NCBI GenBank assembly: GCA_963758295.1
Contig: CAVWUU010000004.1
Location: forward strand, 800,001 to 864,000
DNA: 64,000 bases
Source of the DNA: Candidatus Eremiobacteria bacterium
Lineage (GTDB): Bacteria; Vulcanimicrobiota; Vulcanimicrobiia; Vulcanimicrobiales; Vulcanimicrobiaceae
Direction of reading: 5' to 3'
Of this stretch, positions 17,747-26,017 are shown one piece after another (within the stretch, counting starts at the first letter, position 1; each line of letters opens with the position of its first letter). The notes under the pieces are model-generated. The model worked only from the letters and a program-made list of their open reading frames with translations, was not told the DNA's origin and did no database searches. The position numbers and the translations under genes were made by a program.

Positions 17747-18763
17747 TTAGGCTTCCTTGACGGCCAGGTGCGGCGCAACGAGTTCGGAGATCTTGCCGAC
17801 GACGTCGTGATCGACTTCCGCAATGGCTGCACCGATCGCGTGCTTGATGGCCCGCCGGCTCGCGCGTCCATGCGTGACGATACAGTTGCCGCGCAAGCCC
17901 AAAAGCGGCGCGCCGCCGTAGGTTTCGTAGTCGAACTTGCTGCGCAGTCCGCGAAGCGCCGGCGCGAGCAGTGCGGCGCCCAATTTTGTGATGATGTTTC
18001 CTTGCAGTAACGTGCCTTTGATGACCGAACCCAGGTCTTGAATCAGGCCTTCGCCGGTCTTCAACACGATGTTTCCAACGAACCCGTCGGCCACGATTAC
18101 GTCTGCAACGTTGTGAAACATGTCTTTGCCTTCGATGTTGCCGGTGAAATGCACGGGCGCTTTCTCGAGCAACTGCGAAGCTTCGAGCGTTTGCGCATTT
18201 CCTTTAGTGCGCTCTTCTCCAACGGAAAGCACGGCAACGCGAGGCCGTTCGATGCCGAGCACCGCCATTGCGTACGCGGAACCCATCAACCCGAACTGCA
18301 CCAGCCACTCCGGCCGGCAGTCGACGTTAGCACCGGAATCGAGCAGAACCGTCGGTCCGTTCAGTGCCGGCCAAACGGTCGCAATCGCGGGACGCGCGAT
18401 ACCTTCGATGGTACGCAATTTGATTAGAGCGATCGCCAGAAACGCACCGCTATTACCCGCTGAAACCACCGCATCGGCTTCGCCCGTCTTCACCAGGTTC
18501 ACGGCGATGCCGAGCGAAGTGCGATCGGCGCCCCGCAATGCTTGGGACGCGTGCTGGTCCATCGGGACCGCTTCGGGGGCGTGGACGATGCGAACTCGCT
18601 GCGCCGCTTCGCCCGTTACGAGTGGCCGGACCGCCGACTCGTCGCCGACCAGCGTCAATTCGGCATTGGGATACTCTCGTGCGGCGAGCAGAACGCCCGC
18701 GACGATTTCTTGCGGCGCATGATCGCCGCCCATGGCGTCGATGGCGATGCGTGGGTTACTCAT
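17747..18763 (-). CDS. plsX: phosphate acyltransferase PlsX
   Basis: IAIDAMGGDHAP, SAGNSGA, LDSGANVD, DGFVGNIVLKTGEG, YGGAPLLGL. Confidence 0.96.
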   Translation of the reverse strand: MSNPRIAIDAMGGDHAPQEIVAGVLLAAREYPNAELTLVGDESAVRPLVTGEAAQRVRIVHAPEAVPMDQHASQALRGADRTSLGIAVNLVKTGEADAVVSAGNSGAFLAIALIKLRTIEGIARPAIATVWPALNGPTVLLDSGANVDCRPEWLVQFGLMGSAYAMAVLGIERPRVAVLSVGEERTKGNAQTLEASQLLEKAPVHFTGNIEGKDMFHNVADVIVADGFVGNIVLKTGEGLIQDLGSVIKGTLLQGNIITKLGAALLAPALRGLRSKFDYETYGGAPLLGLRGNCIVTHGRASRRAIKHAIGAAIAEVDHDVVGKISELVAPHLAVKEA

Positions 18764-20346
18764 CGAGTGAAATCCAATACTCCGCGTTTTTCATGCCGCC
18801 GTAATAATACTCGACGTCGGCTGCGTGCAAAGCGCTCCGAAAGCTCTTCGCTCAAGCGTTGGGCATCCTTTTCTTTCTGCGCTCCGCCGTAGTAAAGCGT
18901 GATCAGGCCGCCGTCGTTGGCACCCATGGCTCCGGCGACCGACGCAACGGTCTCGGCAACGCCGTCGCCGGTGTAAAGGGAACCGTCATACGTCCCTGCC
19001 GGCTTGCCTCGCGCAACGTTGACGCCGCCGAAGCCGGCGTCTTTGCCGGCAAAAAAGACTTGCGCGCTGCGAACGCGCTTCGATGCTTCGAGGATCACGC
19101 CGTCGTCGGCCGCGCCGTCCGTCGTCCCTCGCAAGGCAAAAAGTGCGGCGATACCGCCGACGATGTCGACCGTCGGGATGACGTGCAATTGCTTGTCGGT
19201 CAACTTGCGCACTTCGCTCGCCGCGAGAGCGACGTTCTTGTCGTTCACGAGCAGATAGACTTCGTTACCGAGCGTCTTGTTGATCGCCAGCAGCAAATCG
19301 CGGACGCTCGGATTCCTTTCGGCGCCGACCACGACTTCGGCGCCCAGCTCGCGCACGATTCGCTCGAATCCCGTTCCCGGAACGACCGCTATAATGGACC
19401 GGGGAACATCGGGCTTGTCGACGACCAGCACGTTGTGCTGCTGCTCCATGTTGTCGACTTTCACCCGGGTGAGCGTCCCGCACCGTGACGCGAGGTCTTG
19501 AACCTTCTCCGGATTATCCGTATGAATGTGCACCTTGATCGTCGGCGGCGCCCCAATCACCAGCAACGACTCCCCGCGCGACTCTAACTGATGGCGCAGG
19601 TCTCCTACGCTGCACGTAGCGGACTCCAACACGAACTCGGTGCAGTACTTATTCTCGCCGACCACTTGCTGTGTCGTAAAGACGTTCTGCCGCACCGGCC
19701 GCCGCGGGAAAGCGGTAGCACGGATCTTCGTGTCGGGCAGAAACCGCAGAATGCCCTCGAGGAAATAAACGAAGCCTGCGCCGCCCGAATCAACGACGCC
19801 CGCTTCTTTTAATACGGGCAGCTGCTCGGGCGTCCGATCGAGAGCCTCATTTGCCGCACGAAGCACGCCATTAGCGAGCCGGTAGAAATCCCGCTCGTGT
19901 AAGGCCAAATGATACGCCGCATCGGCGGCCGCCTGAGCCACGGAGATAATCGTGCCTTCGACCGGCCGCAGCAACGCATGCCGGGCCGCGCTCACCGCCT
20001 CACGCATGCCGGTCGCCAGCATAAACGTATCGATCTCGGAACGACGGCGCACGTGGTGCGCGAATCCCCGAAGCATCTGCGAGATGATCACTCCCGAGTT
20101 GCCTCGGGCGCCCATCAAGCTCCCATGCGCTGCAGCTGCCGCCACTTCGCTCAGCGGCGCATCGTGAAACTTGGCAGCTTCCAGCATGGCCGAGCGGACC
20201 GTAAGGTACATATTGGTCCCAGTGTCCCCATCGGGAACCGGAAAAACGTTCAAGTCATTCAAGACCGAGCGGTACTTCCGAAGAAAATACGTGCCGGCCG
20301 CGAGGAACTTGGCGTAGGCTCGACCATCGAGCGCGGTGATGTCCAC
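18756..20346 (-). CDS. DAK2 domain fatty acid kinase subunit A (FakA/YloV-like), apparent single-base frameshift near 18826
   Basis: LNVFPVPDGDTGTNM, GARGNSGVI, GVVDSGG, KYCTEF, KVHIHT. The expected C-terminus ADVEYYYGGMKNAEYWISLDE* lies in another frame ending at 18756. Confidence 0.9.
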
Positions 20347-20381
20347 GGCCCCCCGTCTGCTATGAGCCACGATTGGAATCC

Positions 20382-20410
20382 TTGTCAACGCTCGTGGCTC
20401 GTGCTATTAT
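20382..20410 (+). promoter_or_regulatory. sigma70 promoter for rpmB
   Basis: TTGTCA (20382-20387), 17-nt spacer ending TGc, TATTAT (20405-20410). Confidence 0.7.
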
Positions 20411-20489
20411 CCGGGGGTTGTCCTCACCGGCCCAACCGGTGAAGTGCGACTTTTGTCCAATTTAAGCTTATTTTAGAGGGATCCATTCG

Positions 20490-20681
20490 ATGGCGAAGCG
20501 CTGTGAAGTGTGTGGCAAGGGCCCGAAGGCCGGCAACAATGTAAGCCACGCCATGAATAAGACGAAGCGCCGCTGGCTGCCGAACCTTCAAGCCGTGAAG
20601 GTGAACGAGCGCGGTACCCACCGCACCGCCAAAGTCTGCACCCAGTGCCTGCGGTCCAAGCGCGTAACCCGCGCCGTCTAG
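20490..20681 (+). CDS. rpmB: 50S ribosomal protein L28 (Zn-binding Cys form)
   Basis: [34 protein letters not shown]...[16 protein letters not shown]. Confidence 0.97.
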   Translation: MAKRCEVCGKGPKAGNNVSHAMNKTKRRWLPNLQAVKVNERGTHRTAKVCTQCLRSKRVTRAV

Positions 20682-20724
20682 TTTCGTCCTGAGCTGGCTC
20701 GCCGGTCAGCATCATCAGCAAAGC

Positions 20725-20757
20725 AACCGCCGCGCCTATCGCGCGGCGGTTTTCTTT
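20725..20757 (+). terminator. rho-independent terminator after rpmB
   Basis: AACCGCCGCGC-CTATC-GCGCGGCGGTT followed by TTCTTT. Confidence 0.8.
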
Positions 20758-20775
20758 GCTTCTGTGGCGGCGCTC

Positions 20776-20947
20776 TTATTGTTCGTCTCTTGAGGGGCGG
20801 GATATCACGCTCCGGTCGCCGCCCGAAAATGCCCCTCGTGGGCATTTTCTGCTTGCGCCACTTTTGCGGCCCTCGCGCATCCTGCGCGCCGCAAAAGCTG
20901 GAGCACGCCCGGAGCGTGATAGCCCACCCCTCAAGAGGCAACAATAA
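20776..20947. repeat. 172-bp palindromic element with ~40-bp imperfect terminal inverted repeats (MITE/REP-like)
   Basis: Left TTATTGTTCGTCTCTTGAGGGGCGGGATATCACGCTCCGG; right CCGGAGCGTGATAGCCCACCCCTCAAGAGGCAACAATAA. Internal hairpins GAAAATGCCC-CTCGT-GGGCATTTTC and CTTTTGCGGC...GCCGCAAAAG. Confidence 0.8.
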
Positions 20948-21131
20948 ACGCTATGCCGGCAACGCTCGTGCGCCGCGGAGGTATCGCGGGTGGAAGCGGG
21001 CCCAGAAAGGATGCGGCTCGACGGAATTGAGCGATTAGCGCAGAGAAGCCGGCTTTTCACCGCGAGGTGAGTGGCTGATGGACAGGTGCTGAGCGCAGAA
21101 TCTGACGTGATGCACGGGTGAGAGTCCACCG

Positions 21132-21566
21132 CTACTCAGCCGCAGCGCGCTCGAGAAGCGCCAAATCGGCTAAGGAGCGCGTGATCGATTCCGGTTCTAA
21201 AGTGACCAAATACTCGAGACGCACGTGCGAGGCGTCGATGGACTTGAGGAAGACAGCGCAGAGGACCGGCCCCCGGCGGCTGGGAGCAAAGGAAAGGCTA
21301 AGCAAGCCGCCGGCCATGGAGAATGAGGCCGGGGGGCCGTTTCCTGAGTTGATTTGGGATAGGTACGTTCGCATGTCTAGCAGTTCGGCTACGCTTACCG
21401 TCACGTCGAAGGTTGCGGAGACTGGGGCGGCTTGGGCGTGGACCCGGCACAGCAAGAGGTCTAGACCGTCGGGCTCGACGACTTCCGGGTGCTTGAACCC
21501 GAGGACTTCTAGGCGGACGTGCGGTTTTCGCTCGTCGCTTCCTAGGCGGACGGTGACCGGAACCAT
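21132..21566 (-). CDS. hypothetical protein (weak resemblance to WapI-type immunity proteins)
   Basis: 144-aa ORF, last gene of the long minus-strand run, 9 nt after the upstream stop. The family guess rests on overall pattern only. Confidence 0.6.
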   Translation of the reverse strand: MVPVTVRLGSDERKPHVRLEVLGFKHPEVVEPDGLDLLLCRVHAQAAPVSATFDVTVSVAELLDMRTYLSQINSGNGPPASFSMAGGLLSLSFAPSRRGPVLCAVFLKSIDASHVRLEYLVTLEPESITRSLADLALLERAAAE

Positions 21567-21575
21567 TTCTCAGTT

Positions 21576-22532
21576 CTACCCGTATTGCGTTTTGTGTTTC
21601 GGCGGCGCCATTTTCAAGCGGACGCTCTGGTCCGCGGGTGCCCGCAGTGTTTCAACTTCGACGCTGGACTTTTCGGCGAAACGAATGGCGCGCTCGTCTT
21701 CGACATGGTAGCCGAGCGGATTCCATTTCGCTAACGCAGCTACCGGATCGGCGCAGGCGCCGCCGTAGTTTGTCGTGTTGGCAACGGCGCGCGACGTTAG
21801 AGCGGTCGCAAGCACGGCGGCTGCGAACGGGGAACCGCCGAGTCCTGCGAACGTTGCGACGCTGCCCGCGAAGATGTCGCCGGCGCCGTGTGCCGGATAG
21901 ACCGGGAAGTAGGCGCCGTGAATCCGGTTGTAGCTGTAGCCGTTAGTGAACAGCGACGTCATACGGTGTTTTTCGGGCTGGCGGTCGAACGACGTGATGA
22001 TTACGGCTTGCGGGCCCAAATCGAAGACGCCATTGAGATACTGGAATTCTGAAACGTGGTCTCCGCCGGCGCCCATCAAGACTTCGGCTTCGAAGCGATT
22101 GGGCGTGACGATTTGCGCCAGTGGAATAAGCCAGTCGCGAATAGCGCGCGCGGTTTCTTCGCTGACGTAGAGGCCTTTTTTGAAGTCGCCGATCACCGGA
22201 TCGACCAGTACGACGCCTTTATAGTCGCGTAACGCCGTGGCTACGACGTCGACGTGTTCGGGCTTCGGCAGATAGCCGACGTGGATGATGCCGGGATGCT
22301 GAGCGACGAGAAAATTGACGTCGCGGCGAAGCTGCGCGGGATCGGAAGTGGTCGTGGTACGGCCGGGAATCGCGCCATGCGCGTTCGCGAATTGCGATTG
22401 CGCGAATACGACGCGCGCGCCAAGCGCGTTGGCAATCGCCGTCGTGGCTTGGTTTCCGAAAAAGCCCATACCGACGCTGTTCTGAATGCTTCCGATTAGT
22501 GGAAGAGGTTGCGCTTCGTCTACTGCCGTCAA
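21576..22532 (-). CDS. pyridoxal/pyridoxine kinase-like ribokinase-family protein
   Basis: SIQNSVGMGFFGN, VGYL, VDPVIGD..GLYV, TPNRFEAEVL, HGAGDIFAG. Confidence 0.8.
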   Translation of the reverse strand: MTAVDEAQPLPLIGSIQNSVGMGFFGNQATTAIANALGARVVFAQSQFANAHGAIPGRTTTTSDPAQLRRDVNFLVAQHPGIIHVGYLPKPEHVDVVATALRDYKGVVLVDPVIGDFKKGLYVSEETARAIRDWLIPLAQIVTPNRFEAEVLMGAGGDHVSEFQYLNGVFDLGPQAVIITSFDRQPEKHRMTSLFTNGYSYNRIHGAYFPVYPAHGAGDIFAGSVATFAGLGGSPFAAAVLATALTSRAVANTTNYGGACADPVAALAKWNPLGYHVEDERAIRFAEKSSVEVETLRAPADQSVRLKMAPPKHKTQYG

Positions 22533-22545
22533 ATCCAGAACTTCC

Positions 22546-23538
22546 TCAGCTAAAGTGATCCCAGCCCGCTTGCGCGAGCGCTTCTTCGCGGCCGTCCTTC
22601 ACCAAGATAAGCCTCTCGTCCGCTTCGACGGTGCCGACCCGTTCCAATGGCCGGCTGAAACGCGCGGCGAAACGGCGCGACAGATGATCGAACGCTCGCG
22701 CCGCGACGGCTACGAGCAGTTCGAAGTCCTCGCCCCCGGCCAGCGCAAACGCCTCGGGATCTTCTTGCAGACGTTTTGCCGCCGCAACCGCCGAATCTGC
22801 GACCGGAACGCGGTCTACGCGCGCACCGACGCGGCTCGCGGCGCACAAACGCGCGAGATCGGTCGAGAGTCCGTCGGAGCAATCCATCATTGCACGAACG
22901 TTGCGGCTTGCGCCAAGCCAACGGCCTTCTTCGACGCGAGGAGCGGGCGCACGATGCGCCGCGAGAGCCTGCATTGCATTTGCCTCGTCGAGCGTCAGCT
23001 CGCCGCGCAATAACGCGAGACCGGCTCGGCTCGCCCCGAGCGGTCCGGTAACTGCGAGCACGTCGCCGGGCAACGCACCGGTGCGCGTTTTGAGATTGCT
23101 CGGACGCACTTCGCCCACGACCGTGATCGCAAGCGTCAGTACGGGCGCGCGGGTCAGATCTCCACCCACGATCGTGCAGCGGCTTTCATCCGCGCAGGAG
23201 ACCAATCCGCGATACAGATCGCGAACGTTGGGCGCGTCGTGCGCCGGAATGCCAAGCGCAATCGTCGCCAGGACGGGACGCGCGCCCATCGCCGCTACGT
23301 CGCTGATGTTTGCGGCCATCGCGCGGCGGCCGATCTCTTCCATCGACATCGATGCTCGGGTAAAGTGCACGTCTTCGACGAGCGCATCGGTGGTGATGAC
23401 GCTGCGTGCCGACCGCGACGGCTGCCAAACCGCTGCGTCGTCGCCGATCCCGACGATAATGCGGCCGCGCTCCCTGCCGGCAATGGCAGCGATCGCCGCG
23501 ACGATCTCGTCTTCGTTTAGCGGGGGTGCGGCGTTCAC
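22546..23538 (-). CDS. thiL: thiamine-phosphate kinase
   Basis: GIGDDAA, TTDALVEDVHF, NISDVAAMGARP, GGDLT, DCSDGLSTDL, GGEDFEL. Confidence 0.95.
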   Translation of the reverse strand: MNAAPPLNEDEIVAAIAAIAGRERGRIIVGIGDDAAVWQPSRSARSVITTDALVEDVHFTRASMSMEEIGRRAMAANISDVAAMGARPVLATIALGIPAHDAPNVRDLYRGLVSCADESRCTIVGGDLTRAPVLTLAITVVGEVRPSNLKTRTGALPGDVLAVTGPLGASRAGLALLRGELTLDEANAMQALAAHRAPAPRVEEGRWLGASRNVRAMMDCSDGLSTDLARLCAASRVGARVDRVPVADSAVAAAKRLQEDPEAFALAGGEDFELLVAVAARAFDHLSRRFAARFSRPLERVGTVEADERLILVKDGREEALAQAGWDHFS

Positions 23539-24197
23539 GCGGGAACGGCAGTGTGGCGCATCGTTTGCACCGCTGCACCGGGATTGCGCGTGCCAAAGAC
23601 GCTGGAGCCCATAACGATGACCCGGGCGCCCGCGTCGACCACCGCGCGGATGTTATCCTGGCCGACGCCCCCGTCAACCTCGAGTTCGCACGACGGATTG
23701 CGCTCGTCGATCAGCGCGCGGGCTTCCCGTAGTTTGACGATCGACCGCGGAATGAACTTCTGGCCGCCGAAGCCGGGATTCACGCTCATCACCAAAACGA
23801 AGTCGCAATCCTCGATGACGTCTTGCAACATCGCAACGGGCGTCTGCGGGCAGATCGAAATACCGGCTTTCACGCCGCGCGAACGAATATGTGTGAGCAG
23901 GCGCTGTGCGTGCGGCGTCGCTTCGTAATGGAACGTTACGATATTTGCGCCCGCATGGATGAACTCGTCGACGTAGCGCTCGGGCTCGACGATCATCAGG
24001 TGCGCGTCGAACGGAAGGCCGCTGAGTTTTCGCAAATCACCGATGATTTTCGGGCCCCACGTGATGTTCGGCACGAACTGTCCGTCCATCACGTCGAGAT
24101 GCAAGTAATCCGCACCGCCCGCTTCAACTTCGGCAATCTGCTCCGCGATGCGCGCGAAATCGGCCGAGAGCAGCGACGGCGCGATCTTGATCTCCAT
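23535..24197 (-). CDS. rpe: ribulose-phosphate 3-epimerase
   Basis: IAPSLLSADF, HLDVMDGQFVPN, MSVNPGFGGQKF, VDGG. Confidence 0.97.
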   Translation of the reverse strand: MEIKIAPSLLSADFARIAEQIAEVEAGGADYLHLDVMDGQFVPNITWGPKIIGDLRKLSGLPFDAHLMIVEPERYVDEFIHAGANIVTFHYEATPHAQRLLTHIRSRGVKAGISICPQTPVAMLQDVIEDCDFVLVMSVNPGFGGQKFIPRSIVKLREARALIDERNPSCELEVDGGVGQDNIRAVVDAGARVIVMGSSVFGTRNPGAAVQTMRHTAVPA

Positions 24198-25225
24198 TAC
24201 TTCCCTTTCGGCGACGGAGACGGCGAGGGCTGGCCTTCGTCATAGATTTTCACCGGCTCGCTTCCCAAGCGTGATTCGCCGGCCAGCTTGTCATCTACGT
24301 AGAAGTCCACGACCGACGTGCCGACGGCAGTCACGACGAAATCGAGCTTTTGCCCCGGCTGTGCGTAGGCGGTATACGCGTCGTACTGTCCCGTTGCGTC
24401 GCGAACGCGTAAAACGACCTTCACCGAATCGCTCGAGTTTGCATTGTCGTTAACCGGCACCGAAGCCAGTACGCGCACTTGACGGATGATATATCCCGAT
24501 TCGTTCGGACCTGCGCTCACGTCGAGCGAAACGGGCTCGTACGCGCCGATGCGCGCCCCTGCAGGCGTCGTTTGCTTCGCTACGATTCCGTGTTTCGGTC
24601 CGCTTTTTCCGAGCGGCGTCCACACGACTTGACCGAGCTTGATGTTGCTGCGCTCGGCAAGGTTGCGCGCGTCGTCGATTTTCATGCCGACAAAGTTCGG
24701 CACTTTCGCCGTGGGTGCACCGCCACGGCTCACGACGAGATTCACTTTGTCGCCTTCGAGCACGTTCGCGAGCGGCGCCGGATCCTGATTGATCACGTGG
24801 CCGTCAGGAACGATGTCGCTTTTTTGGTACGTAATTTTTCCGACTTGCAATTTGTTGCGCGCAAAATCCAGGTTCACTTCGCGCATCGACTGATATCGTA
24901 CGTCCGGCATCAAACGCGTGATGATGCCGTCGCTCACCACGAACGAAACTTGGCGTCCTTCGCGGACTTCCGTCCCCGGATCGGGACGCTGGCTGATAAT
25001 GACGCCCTTCGGATACCGGTCGCTTGTGGCGTGATCGATCACCGAAGCCGCAAGCTTCATACGGGTCGCCGCATTCGTTCCGTCCGTTGCGGTTTGGCCG
25101 ACGAACGAAGGAACGGTAACCGTGTCGGCGGGCGGCAGCAGAAAGTCGTGGATCTCCCGTCCGAACCAAACGACGACCGCTACGAACAGCGCGAGGACAA
25201 CCGGGAATACCCAGTCGCGCGGCAC
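24197..25225 (-). CDS. membrane-anchored PASTA-domain protein (3 PASTA repeats, no kinase domain)
   Basis: N-terminal TM helix, then VPSFVGQ...ISQRPDPG, MPDVRYQ...INQDPAP and VPNFVGM...KQTTPAG repeats. Start may lie slightly further upstream. Confidence 0.85.
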   Translation of the reverse strand: MPRDWVFPVVLALFVAVVVWFGREIHDFLLPPADTVTVPSFVGQTATDGTNAATRMKLAASVIDHATSDRYPKGVIISQRPDPGTEVREGRQVSFVVSDGIITRLMPDVRYQSMREVNLDFARNKLQVGKITYQKSDIVPDGHVINQDPAPLANVLEGDKVNLVVSRGGAPTAKVPNFVGMKIDDARNLAERSNIKLGQVVWTPLGKSGPKHGIVAKQTTPAGARIGAYEPVSLDVSAGPNESGYIIRQVRVLASVPVNDNANSSDSVKVVLRVRDATGQYDAYTAYAQPGQKLDFVVTAVGTSVVDFYVDDKLAGESRLGSEPVKIYDEGQPSPSPSPKGK

Positions 25226-25263
25226 GTAAGTGTGGACGATATTACGCCATTCGCGCGACGAGT

Positions 25264-26004
25264 TCAGGCGAGTGCCTCCATAGCGGCTTCCGAAACTTCC
25301 AGATTGCTAAAGCTGTGTTGCACGTCTTCGTTGTCCTCGAGCGCCTGAAGAAACGCGAGCGCCGCCGAAAGCTCGTTGCCTTCGGGGGACACTTTTTGCT
25401 TGGGCCGCATGCCCATGTAGGCGTCGGAAACTTTCACGCCGGCGTCGCGCAGCGCATCGCGCGCGCTTGCGAGCATCGCCACCTCTGCGTAGATGAAACT
25501 GACCGGATCGTCGTATTCGAGATCGATTACGCCTTCCACGAGCGCCGCTTCCGTAAGCGCGTCCTCGGATTTGCCTTGCGTTTCCACTTCGATAATTCCA
25601 ACCGGATCGAACATCCACCCGACGGACCCCGTCTCGCCGAGATTCCCGCCGTGCTTCGTGAAGATGAATCGAAGCTCGCCCGCCGTCCGATTGCGATTGT
25701 CGGTAGCCGCGTCAACAACAACGGCGAGGCCGTGCGGGCCGTAGCCTTCATACCGCAGCTCTTCGATCTCTTTCTCGCCGGTGCCGCCGGAGCCGCGTGC
25801 GATCGCCCGCTTGATATTATCTTGCGGCATGTTGTTTTCGCGCGCTTTTTCGACCGCGAGCTTGAGGCGATGGTTCGATTCGGGGTCGGGCGAGCCGCCT
25901 TTGGCCGCAAGCGCGATCTCTTTACTCAATTTCGTGAAGAGCGCGCTGCGCTGCGAATCGGTCTTGCCCTTATCGAGCTTGATGTTTTGCCATTTACGAC
26001 CCAT
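25264..26004 (-). CDS. yebC: YebC/PmpR family protein
   Basis: KWQNIK, NMPQDNIKRAI, YEGYGPHG, TDNRNRT, GGNLGETGSV, LEDNEDVQ; AAGGA RBS. Confidence 0.93.
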   Translation of the reverse strand: MGRKWQNIKLDKGKTDSQRSALFTKLSKEIALAAKGGSPDPESNHRLKLAVEKARENNMPQDNIKRAIARGSGGTGEKEIEELRYEGYGPHGLAVVVDAATDNRNRTAGELRFIFTKHGGNLGETGSVGWMFDPVGIIEVETQGKSEDALTEAALVEGVIDLEYDDPVSFIYAEVAMLASARDALRDAGVKVSDAYMGMRPKQKVSPEGNELSAALAFLQALEDNEDVQHSFSNLEVSEAAMEALA

Positions 26005-26017
26005 AGAAATTCCTTCG

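Noticed and set aside
21011..21070. 19-aa ORF with an AAAGG upstream
   Set aside because: The RBS-like sequence is directly adjacent to the ATG, the peptide is unrecognisable and there is no other support.
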